NCBI RefSeq assembly: GCF_030144855.1
Contig: NC_082730.1
Span: forward strand, 14,260,001 to 14,324,000
DNA from: Hypanus sabinus
Lineage: Eukaryota
Length of the DNA: 64,000 bases
Direction: 5' to 3'
Below, in pieces: positions 38,201 through 50,200 of the stretch. How positions within the stretch are numbered: position 1 is the first letter of the stretch; every line of letters starts with the position of its first letter. The position numbers and the translations under genes were made by a program. Below the pieces are notes generated by a model. That model saw nothing but the letters and a program-made list of their open reading frames with translations. It did no database searches and was not told where the DNA came from.

Positions 38201-41200
38201 TACTCAAGGATTGATTTTTTTTATTATCAAAAAATATTCAAGATAGAGTGAAAAGTGTGGAATATAAAGCAAGAATACTGTCAGATTATTCCTGCTTGAT
38301 AATGACAATGATAATGATGGATAAGGAGGAATCGATCTATAGATGGTGATTTAATTCAATTTTATTAAAATGTCAAGATTTTTGTGATTTTATGAAAAAA
38401 CAGATTCAATTTTTTTTGGATACAAATTTACATTCAGTTGAGGATAAAATTGTATTATGGGTAGTGATGAAAGCATATTTAAGGGGTCAGATTATAAGTT
38501 ATACATCTAAAATTAAGAAGGAATACGCAGCAGAAATAGATCAATTGGAAAAAGATATCATAAAGTTAGAAAAAGAATCTCAAAGATATATGACAGAAGA
38601 AAAACGAAGACAACTTGTTAATAAAAAACTACAATATAATACACTCCAGACACATCTTACAGAAAAAGTAATTATGAGAACTAAACAAAAATTTTACAAA
38701 TTAGGTGAAAGATCACATAAAATTCTTGCTTGGCAGTTGAAAACAGAACAGGCTTCTAAAACAATAAATGCAATTAGAACAAGTGTAAATAAGGTTACTT
38801 ATAAACCTTTAGAAATTCATGAAACTTTAAAAAAAATTTATACTGAACTATATCAATCAGAATCACAAAATAAGATTGCTAGATGGATAAATTTTTATCA
38901 TAGATAACACTTACAAAATTAAATTTGGAAGAACAGAAAGGATTAGATATGCCCTTTACATTAAAAGAGGTTGAAGAAGCTTTAGGATCACTTCAGAGTA
39001 ATACATCCCCAGGAGAAAATGGTTTTCCTCCTGAATTTTATAAAAAAAATTAAAGATTTATTAATTCCTCCTTTTATGGAATTAATATACCAAGTGGAAA
39101 GAATGCATAAACTGCCACAATCTTTTTTAACAGCGATCATAACTGCATTGCCAAAAAAAGATAGAGATCCTTTAAAACCAACATCATATAGGCATATTTC
39201 TTTGTTGAATACAGATTATAAAATAATAGCAAAAATTTTATCTAATAGACTATCTAAATATTTACCAAAATTAATACATATAGATCAAACAGGTTTTATT
39301 AAAAACAGACAATCAATGGATAATATAACCCAGTTACTTACTATAATTCATTTGGCACAAAAAAGAGAGGAAATGAATGTGGCAGTTGCTTTGGATGCAG
39401 AAAAAGCATTTGATAGATTGGAATGGGATTTTTTATTTAAGGTATTGGAAATATATGAGTTAGGAAAATCTTTTATACAATGGATTAAAACCTTAAATAC
39501 TAATTCTCAAGCTAAAGTAGTTACAAATGGTCAGATTTCAACACCATTTTGCTTAACGAGGTCAACTAGACAAGACTGCCCATTATCACCTGCTTTATTT
39601 GTATTGGCAATAGAACCATTAGCTGAATTAATTAGAACATTCAGACATTGCGGGCTTTAGAGTTAATCAAGAAGAAAATAAGATTAATTTATTTGCTGAT
39701 GATGTTTTGATTGGAAGAATATGGGAAAGTATCAGGGTATAAAGTAAATTGTGATAAAAGTGAAATTTTACCCCTTACCAAAGGAAATCATAATCAATGT
39801 TGATTAGTAACTCAATTTCCATGTTCAATAAATGGGATAGAATATTTAGGTATTAGAGTTGATAATGATGTAAAAAATTTATATAAACAAAATTATTTGC
39901 CATTATTATAAAAAAGAGGATCTTGATAAATGGATGATATTACCAATAACATTAATAGGTAGAGTTAATGCTGTAAAAATGAATATATTTCCTAGATTGC
40001 AATATTTATTTCAAACTTTACCAATACAGTTACCTCAGAAGTTTTTTCAAGAACTGAATAAATATGTAAGGAAATTTCTTTGGAAAGGAAAGATGTCAAG
40101 AATATCATTGGAAAAATTGACATGTAAATTTGATTTAGGAGGGTTACAACTTCCAAATTTTAAGAATTATTATAAAGCAAATCAACAGATTTATTGCATC
40201 TTTTTTTGATGAAGAAAAACTGGCATGGATTAGAATAGAATTAGATAAGATAGGAGAAAATATACCAGAAGATTTTATATATAAATGGGAATCCAAATGG
40301 ATATGGGAAAAAAAAGAATCTCCTATATTAAGACACTTGATTGATTTATGGAATAAGTTAAATATGGACGATGAGATAAAGAAATCTTTATTAGCAAAAA
40401 GAACTTTAATTCAAAATAGGCTTATTCCTTTTACAATGGATAATAAATTTTTACATAATTGGTTCCAAAAGGGGATTAAATATATAGGTGATTGTTTTGA
40501 AGGAGGTATATTGATGTTGTAAAAAATTTGTAAAAAATAAATATAAAATATCAAATAACACTCTTTTCTGTTATTTTCAATTAAAGGCTTATTTACGAGA
40601 AAAGCTGGGTCAAACAATGTTGATGCCAAAACCTAGTGAAATAGAAATATTAATTCAAAAAGGAAAAATTAAAACATTTACATCTTGTGTGTATAATTTG
40701 ATTCAAAAACAGACAATTAAATCAGGAATTCATAAATCAAGACAAAAATGGGAATCTGATTTGAATGTTAAAATTGATGGAAAAAACTGGTCAAGATTAT
40801 GTCAAGATAGTATGATAAACACAATAAATGTTCGACTTAGATTAATCCAATATAATTTTTACATCAATTATATATAACATCACAGAAAATAAATAAATTA
40901 AATTCAAATATATCTGACCAATGTTTTCAATGTAATCAGGAAATTGGTATTTCTTTACATTCTACTTGGTCTTGTTTTAAAATTCAACCATTTTGGATAA
41001 ATCTAAGACTTCTATTGGAACAAATTACTGGAGTACAACTCCCACATAGTCCAGTATTATTTTTATTAGGAGATAATGAAGGGACAATACCGAAACTTAA
41101 ATTGAATAAGTATCAGAAAAAATTTATAAAATTTGCATTAGCAGTAGCCAAAAAAGTTATCGCAGTTACTTGGAAATCTGATTTATATTTAACTATGGAT

Positions 41201-44200
41201 TATTGGAATAATGAAATACATAGTTGTATCCCACTTGAAAAAATTACATACAATCTAAGAAATGAATATGTTATATTTTTCAAAATTTGGCTCCCATACT
41301 TACAAAAGATAGGATTAGATACATAGGTCCTTTGATGATAAAATTATAAAGTAATTGGGGAAAGTAAAAATAAATATTAAAATTATTTTGAACTCCATGG
41401 AGCATGCGGGGATCCTCCAATATCCATGCAATCTTTCTCTTCTTTCTTTTTTTACTTTCTTTGGACAAGGGTTAAGGGGGGGAGGGTTAATATTATTTTT
41501 CTTACTATTTTATCATCACATTTATTCTTTGTAATTTTCTAAAATTTAATAAATAATTTAAAAAAAGCTTCTTCCCCTCTGCCATCCAATTTCTGAATAG
41601 ACAAAGAACCCATGAACACTTTGTCACATATTTTTATTTCTGTTTTTTCACTACATATTTAATCTATTTAATATATATAATTATTGCAACGGACAGTTCT
41701 TTGTTCTATATTATCCTGTATTGCATTGTAGTATTGTCACAAAGTTAACACATTTCACAAAATGTGCTTTTGATATTAAAACTGATTCTGATTTACTGAA
41801 GCATGTTCTCCTCAGTTTCAGGTGCTTTGTGGGCAGAGAAAAATGTAAGTGGAGTTGTGGGAAGAGCAATCACTATCGATTGTCACTATGAAGCAAAGTA
41901 CCGCTCACACACAAAGTATTGGTGTCGTGGATGGAGTCGTCAATGTTCAGTTTTAAGGCAAACAGATGGGCAACAAGGACAGAGTGAACGAGTGTCAATC
42001 ACAGATAACCCACAATGGAGAATATTTACTGTTACTATGGAGGATCTTCGCTCCGAAGATACAGGATGGTACAGCTGTGCAATTACAACATCAGGTTATG
42101 ATCCAATGGTTAACGTACATGTACAAGTATCTGGTGGTAAGTAATGCAGTGACTGAGCATATGTCTCCAATGAAATGTCTGATCCAAGTTTTCTCTGGGA
42201 GCAGCCAGGGTACCATTGATATCCTGAGACTCCGCAGCAGGGCAGAGTCCTACAAGGAATAGGCAGGAGTCAGGAGGCCCAACTCATGTTGATCTCACCC
42301 AAGTCGTGGCCACAGTCCAATGTTCTACCTGTATCTTCAAGAATCTGATGGCACATATATCAGGGCTTTATTTTCTGTTCCCCACTAAAATATCTTCTGT
42401 GTCTTCACCTGGAAGGGTCAGGACAGTTCAGATATCCTGAGGGTTCACTTCACCTCGGCCATCCGATTTTTGAACTGACATTGAACCCATGAACACTTTG
42501 TCCCATATTTTTATTTCTGTTTTTTCACTACATATTTAATCTAACTATTTAATATATATAAATATTGCAATGGACAGTTTTTTGTTCTATATTATCCTGT
42601 ATTGCATTGTAGTATTGCCAAAAAAATTACACATTTTACAAAATGTGTTTTTGATATTAAAACTGATTCTGATTTACAGAAGCATGTTCTCCTCAGTTTC
42701 AGGTGCATTGTGGGCAGAGAAAAATGTAAGTGGAGTTGTGGGAAGAGCGATCACAATCGATTGTCACTATGGAGCAAAGTACCACTCACACACAAAGTAT
42801 TGGTGCCGTGGATGGAGTCGTCAATGTTCAGTTTTAGTGCAAACAAATGGGCAACAAGGACAGAGTGAACGAGTGTCAATCACAGATAATCCACAACGGA
42901 GAATATTTACTGTTACTATGGAGGATCTTCGCTCTGAAGATACAGGATGGTACAGCTGTGCAATTACAACATCAGGTTATGATCCAATGGTTAACGTACA
43001 TGTACAAGTATCTGGTGGTAAGTAATGCAGTGACTGAGCATATGTCTCCAATGAAATGTCTGATCCAAGTTTTCTCTGGGAGCAGCCAGGGTACCATTGA
43101 TATCCTGAGACTCCGCAGCAGGGCAGAGTCCTACAAGGAATAGGCAGGAGTCAGGAGGCCCAACTCATGTTGATCTCACCCAAGTCGTGGCCACAGTCCA
43201 ATGTTCTACCTGTATCTTCAAGAATCTGATGGCACATATATCAGGGCTTTATTTTCTGTTCCCCACTAAAATATCTTCTGTGTCTTCACCTGGAAGGGTC
43301 AGGACAGTTCAGATATCCTGAGGGTTCACTTCACCTCGGCCATCCGATTTTTGAACTGACATTGAACCCATGAACACTTTGTCCCATATTTTTATTTCTG
43401 TTTTTTCACTACATATTTAATCTAACTATTTAATATATATAAATATTGCAATGGACAGTTTTTTGTTCTATATTATCCTGTATTGCATTGTAGTATTGCC
43501 AAAAAAATTACACATTTTACAAAATGTGTTTTTGATATTAAAACTGATTCTGATTTACAGAAGCATGTTCTCCTCAGTTTCAGGTGCATTGTGGGCAGAG
43601 AAAAATGTAAGTGGAGTTGTGGGAAGAGCGAGCACAATCGATTGTCACTATGATGCAAAGTACCGCTCACACACAAAGTATTGGTGCCGTGGATGGAGTC
43701 GCCAATGTTCAGTTTTAGTGGAAACAGATGGGCAACACGGACGGAATGAACGAGTGTCAATCACAGATAACACACAACTGAGAATATTTACTGTTACTGT
43801 GGTAGATCTTCACTCTGAAGATACAGGATGGTACAGCTGTGCAATTACATCATCAGGTTATGATCCAATGGTTAACGTACATCTACAAGTATCTGACGGT
43901 ATGTTGTGCAGCGACTGATTTTATGTCTTCTCTGAAATGTCTGATCCAAGTTTTCCCTGGGAATGGCCAGGGTATCATTGATATCCCAAGGCTCTGCAGC
44001 AGGGCAGAGCCTTACAATGCATCGACAGGAGTCAGGAAACACAACTTATGTTGATCTCACCCAATTCATGGTCACAGTCCAATGTTCCATCTCTATCTAC
44101 AAGAATCTGACGGTACATTTATCAGGGATTTACTTTCTGTCCCCACTTAAGTATCTGCTCTGTGTCTTCACTGTGAAGGATCAGAACAGCTCCCACATCC

Positions 44201-47200
44201 CATGGGTCCACTTCAGTGCAGAGTCTTGCGAGGAGTGAATAGGAAAAAGTTAATCACATTCATGTTGCTGTAACCCACTGCATGGTCTGACCCACAGACC
44301 GGACACCAATTTTCAGTGGAAGGCTCAGCACCATTTTCCTGTCTCTGAACTGTATTAAATGTCATTCATTCAGGGGTTTGCATTCAGACTATAACTAATA
44401 ATCTAACCATAACAGATCCGAGAGTAAATTGTTGCTCATGGGCAAAATACCTGAAAACCATAAAAAGGGAATCATTTCCCAGAGCTCAACAAATTGCACT
44501 CAAATCTTCCAAAGCAGACCAGTCTAAACCCCGGCCTATCTCAGGAATCATCATTCCCACCACCCCTCCACCCCAGTATTCCTGTAAATGGGCTCTGAGC
44601 ACCCACCCCAGAACACAATGATCATCCACTCCACAGCATCCAGCCTTTCATCCACCCATTACCGATGGGAAACAGATTAAAGGAATTCTGTTGAGATTCG
44701 CATCAGAATTCCTTTGTTTTCCTTTCTCCCTCTTGCCCTGTTACCCTTTCTCATTCCCCTGCACCACTCTCATGCCCACACCTTCTCCCTCTGATGCCCA
44801 ACTTCCTTATTTTATTTCATGGTCTAATGTCCTCTCCACTCAGTAACCCTATGCCTCTTCTGCCTATCACCTCCAGTTTATCACACCATTCTCTTGCCCC
44901 ACTTCACCTTCCTCCTCACCTGTCAGCTTATGCTCCGTCCCCTCATTCTTTCCAGTCCTGATGAAGAGTCCCATCCTGAATCATTACACGTGTATTTTCC
45001 TCCAGAGTGATTGACTGATCTGCTGAGTTCCTCCAGCTCCTTTGTGTGGCCATCCACCTTCCTGAGATTTCTGGGCTTCACCCACTGTTTCCATGCAAAC
45101 AGCAGCACCAAAGTACTCCCTTGCTATTGCAGATCACAGAAACCAAACACTTTCTAACAAAACCCACCAAACATGTGACAGACACCTGACCATTTCTCAC
45201 CCTCATTATGTTTAGTTCTTCCAGGACTCTTTCCAGTTTGTTCCCATTACCCGTCTCCAATGGAGACTTGCTCCCTGCTGCTGAGAGTGATTGAAACCCT
45301 GGTATTCACACTGACACATCCTCAGTGTCATCACTGCCGTCCTGATCTGGAGTCCTGCCGTGTTCTGGGATAATGTCAGACCTGGCAGGTCAGGCAGCTG
45401 GGAGGATGCAGACACACAGAGGGGTAGAGGAGCTGATGAGATTCCAACCTGGTGAAGTGCAGAAGTGCTGAAAATTGGAGAGTGGTTTTCAAACGTTCAC
45501 TTGAATATTTGGTCCTTTCCCACAGAACCCTTGTCTGTTCCTGTGCTGCAGATTCTGTCGTCAATAAGTGACTCGTGTGTCGGGGGTTCCATGTCAGTTG
45601 TCTGTAAGTCTGTTCAAGGATCCTTTCCCATTCAGTACACATGGTATGAAAAGACCTCGTCTGTGAATTCAAAGATCTCTGACACCAGTAAACTGGACCT
45701 ACGTTGTCAATCCTTCAAACACCAGCACCATCAATATTACTGCACAGCCTCAAATACTCATGGAGCGAAATCCAGTGAAATGATCAATGTGGTAGTCTTC
45801 AGCAGCACTTGGCACTGCAGTTATCAGCTGCAATTCAGTCACACTGGTGAGTGATAGATGAATAACGGACACTTTTGGGTGTTTCATGGAGTGAATACTT
45901 TCAAGATGTTGTGTTGTTGGAGCCACTTAAAACATATGCAGGCTACTGCATCACCACCCTGACAGGATTTATACTTGTGGAGTATGAACCATCTTTGGGT
46001 TTAGAAAATGAGTCCATTACCAAAAGCACCCCCCCCCCATATCTACCACCCCCAGCACCCACTTCTCCCTGGCCTGCTATTGTTAACATGGCAGTTATGT
46101 ATCCCACCCTATTGAAATGAAACTAGAAATACATTACTCATTACAAAACAAGACTGACAATATTTGCTCTANNNNNNNNNNNNNNNNNNNNNNNNNNNNN
46201 NNNNNNNNNNNNNNNNNNNNNNNNNNNNNNNNNNNNNNNNNNNNNNNNNNNNNNNNNNNNNNNNNNNNNNNNNNNNNNNNNNNNNNNNNNNNNNNNNNNN
46301 NNNNNNNNNNNNNNATAAACCAAATATTGGCTATCTCGCTGTAATTTATAGTTTTTATTATTAAGAAGCCTGAAGGCACACACTCAGCAATTCAGTAACA
46401 GCTTCTTCCCCTCTGCCATCTGATTTCTGAATGGACATTAAACCCACCAGCACTACCTCACTACTTTCTATTTCTATTTTTGCACTACCTATTTAATATG
46501 TGTATGTTTTCTGTAATTCACAATTTTTTGTTCTATATTATCATGTATTGCATTGCACTGCTGATGTAAAGTTAACAAATTTCATGACCTGCTGGTGATG
46601 TTAAACCTGATTCTGATTTACAGAAGCATGTTCTCTTCAGTTTCAGGTGCATTGCGGGCAGAGAAATGTGTAAGAGGTGTTGTGGGAAGAGAGATCACAA
46701 TCGATTGTTACTATGAAAAAAAGTACCGCTCACACACAAAGTATTGGTGCCGTGGATGGGATCAACAATGCTCAGTTTTAGTGGAAACAAATGGGCAATA
46801 TGGACGGAGTGGACAAGTGTCAATCAGAGATTACCCAGAATTAGGAAAATTTACTGTTACTATGAGGGTTCTTCGTTCTAGAGATACAGGGCGGTACAGC
46901 TGTGGAATTAGAATACCAGGTGTTGATCTGAGATTTAAGGTACATCTACAAGTATCTCATGGTAGGTTACTCAGTGATTGATTTTATGTTTACACTGATG
47001 TCTGATCCATGTTTTCTCTGGGAGTGGTCAGGGAAGCATGGATATCCAAGGCTCCGCAGCAATGATGAGCCCTACGAGGAACGGGCAGGAGTTTGGAAAC
47101 CATATGTATGTTGATTTCACCCAATCCAATGTTCCATGTATATCTAAAAGTATCTGACAGTATGTTTATCTGGGATAGACGTTCTGTCCCCACTTAAAAA

Positions 47201-50200
47201 TCCAACCTGTGTCTTCACTGTGAAGGGTCAGGACAGCTCTCATATCCCAAGGATCCACTGCAGTTCAGAATCCTGTGAGGATGGGCAGGGGTCAGGGAAG
47301 TCTCACTCAGGTTGCTCTCACCCATTGCAGTGTCAGACCCACTGAATGGACACCGATTTCCAGTCCAATTTTCCTGCCTCTGAAACAGATGGAATGTCAC
47401 TCTATCAGAGGTTTGCATTCAGACTAAAACTAATAATCCAGCCATAAAAGATCAGAGAGAATTTTGTTACTCATGGGCTAAGTACCTGAAAACCATAAAA
47501 AGGGAATCATTTCCCAGAGCTCAGCAGACTGCCTTCAATTCTTCCAAAGCTTTGTTTTTTTGTACTCTAAAATAAGCAGAAATCTTTGAACTAAGACTGC
47601 TCACACTGGCGGATCATTTCACATTTGTCTACAGGCAAGTTCAAAGATTTCTGCCATTCATTTGCTAATTCTCTGAACCAGTTCAAATCATGTTTAACAA
47701 ACTCCTCAGAGTACACGTTGTCACCCAGCTTTGTGCCCTCCAAAAACTTGAAAAATTGCATTTAATTCCCCTGGACTATGTTATTAATGGAGGCCGCATG
47801 TGCTAAGGGTTTAGAGAGAGACAGAGAGATATTCTTAATAAACAATGAGATAAGTTGGGTTTCTAGCACTGAATACAACAGTTTCCTCTGTAAACTCACT
47901 GCTAGTTAAAAGCAGAGCTCTTCAGTCCTGTGTTTGATTTCTGTCTGCCAACTGGTTCTCAATCCATATTAGTCCTCTAATCCACTTGCGTTAATCTTAT
48001 ATGCTAATCCATCATGTAGAACCTTATCAAATGCTTTCTGGAAATCTAAACGCACAACATCAATGGACTTGCCATAATTATTCAGCAAGTTATCGTCTCA
48101 TCTAGTTGCACAGGGAAGTTGTTAGAACTGGATTTTATCTCTTTATCTTTACAGAATTTAAATATACTTCTGAAACTGCTGTAACAACCCCAATGTGGAC
48201 TTCACCTTCTAAAACTTCCATAACAAAATCAATGAGAACTTCACATTCTGAAACTTCGGAAATAAGATTCAATGATACTCAAAGGAATAGCATACAATCT
48301 ATTTCTGCCAAAAGGTACAATGTTCTCATTTGTCAATGCTTTGATTGGCACTATTGCTATATGAGATATGTGATGTTATTGGGGGTGTTGGCTTGCAGAG
48401 GGTGGTGAATGGGAGGGGCAGAAGGTGGGTGGTGCACCTACTTTTCTTCACTGGCATTGTACCTGTGAGAGTATTGACTTCAATCATACTGAAACAATGG
48501 GAGAGGCCTGTACACTACTCTTTCTCGCATATTTCAACCCCGAGGCTCCAAGTTAAATATTTTGTGTTGATTTAAACATGAAAGTTGGAAGTGTTATTTT
48601 GGAATCAAGGAACAGATTCCTCCATTTGCCACCCCTCAGAGGATGTATGGCTTGATGTCGGTTGTATTTGTCAAGTCTCAGCAATGCTGCTTTGCCCGGC
48701 CATAACTGACTCTGATGGCAAATTTCATGGTCGGTTAAGGTATCAATGCTGGTCACTGCCTCTTCAGGAAAGGTGTGCCTGGAGAGAGGGCACCAGTAGT
48801 GAGGACAGTATTACTGCTCTGGACTACACAGCATTAAAATGAGGTTACCTTGGAGATATGTTGAAGTAAAAAGACAATTTGGCTCAGGCAGCCCAATAGT
48901 AGATGTCACCCTAGAATCTTTTGTTTGCCTCCCTACCGTGTCTTGTTTTTCCTAAAGATCTTTGCCCGCAGACATAAAAAGAATATTGCCATGCAAGTTG
49001 ATAGGGTGGTTAACAAAGAACATTGTGTGCTGGCTTTCATTAGTCAGGCAAAATTTAGTCAGGGAATTGAATTTAAGAGGCTTGAGGTAATGTTGCAGCT
49101 CTATAAAACTCTGGTTCATCCAGACTTGGAGTATTGTGTTCAGTTCGAATCAATCAATATAGGAAAGACGAAAAAGCTTGAGAAGAGATTTACCAGGATG
49201 CTTCCTGGTATGGACAACATGTTTTATGAGGATGGGATGAGTGAGCTAGGGATTTGCTCTTTGAACATAAGGAAGTTAAGAAGTGACTTGATAGAGGTGT
49301 ATAAGATGATAGGAGGCATTAGTAAATTGAATTCTTTTGATACTTGAGTTTTTTTTGCAAGCAATGTCCCCACTTTCATGGATTCATCTACACATGTTGT
49401 TGATAGTTATTGTTTATATATTTATTATTATTTCTTTCTTTATGTGTCTGCATAGTTTGCTGTCTTCTACACCCTGGTAGAACACCCAAGTCTGGTGATT
49501 TTTTATTGATTCTGTTATGGTTTTATAGATTTATTGATTATGCCCACAAGGAAAATGAATCTCAGTGTTGCATATTGTGAAGTATATGTTTACATTGAAC
49601 TTTGAACTTTAATATAAGTGGACATACTATTAGGTCTGGGAGAAAGTATAGGTGGGTTATCAAAGGGAGGCCTTTTACACAGAGACTGGCAAGTGCTTGG
49701 AATGTGCTGCTGGGGTACTAGTAGAGACAAGTACGTTTGGGAGATTTAAGGTTGGCACATGCGCAAAGAAATGTGAAGGGCTATGTGGGAGGGAAGGATT
49801 AGATTAATACTGGAATAGGCTAAAGAACTGATAAAACATGGTTGGCTGAAGAGCCTGTACTTTGCTGTACTGTTTTATGTTCTATCTGCTTTTCCCTTAC
49901 ATATTTGATTTACTTCTTATTTGTTTACTTCTCTTTATCATCATAAAATGCATTTTATGTTGCTCACGTCATCTTAAATTCCCTACATATTCTGAGTAAT
50001 TTACCCTGTAAATCAGAGGTTCACAACTAGGGGTCCATGACCTCTTGCTTAATGATATGTCCATGGCACAAAAAAGGTTGGAACTCCTGCTCTAAATGCT
50101 CAAATTTGCAAGTTCCCTGCATGGACTCTTTAGACATTGTGTTACAAGTGAGCCCATAAAACATTGTTGATCTTACTTCCCCATCCCCACTCTTACCACT

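Larger units (their letters stand above)
41577..43898 (+). repeat. Tandem array of 881-bp units (LINE tail + V exon + partial intron)
   Basis: V exon starts at 41816, 42697 and 43578 (spacing 881). Introns 42137-42696 and 43018-43577 appear identical by eye. Confidence 0.95.

Noticed and set aside
42311-42350. CACAGTC after V1 (repeated after V2) as a RAG recombination-signal heptamer
   Set aside because: No ACAAAAACC-like nonamer at 12 or 23 nt, it lies ~175 nt into the intron, and each V exon already includes its G strand and a splice donor. No evidence of V(D)J-type rearrangement.
43451-43577. Long upstream ORF extensions (MDSFLFYIILYCIVVL..., also at 42570) as signal or TM segments
   Set aside because: They are translations of AT-rich LINE tail intron sequence upstream of the real acceptor.
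41816-46961. Calling the gene a true pIgR (PIGR) or a specific CD300 ortholog
   Set aside because: The family signature is clear, but the C2 domain, charged TM and short tail do not fit tetrapod pIgR. Orthology needs phylogeny and synteny, so no gene symbol is given.
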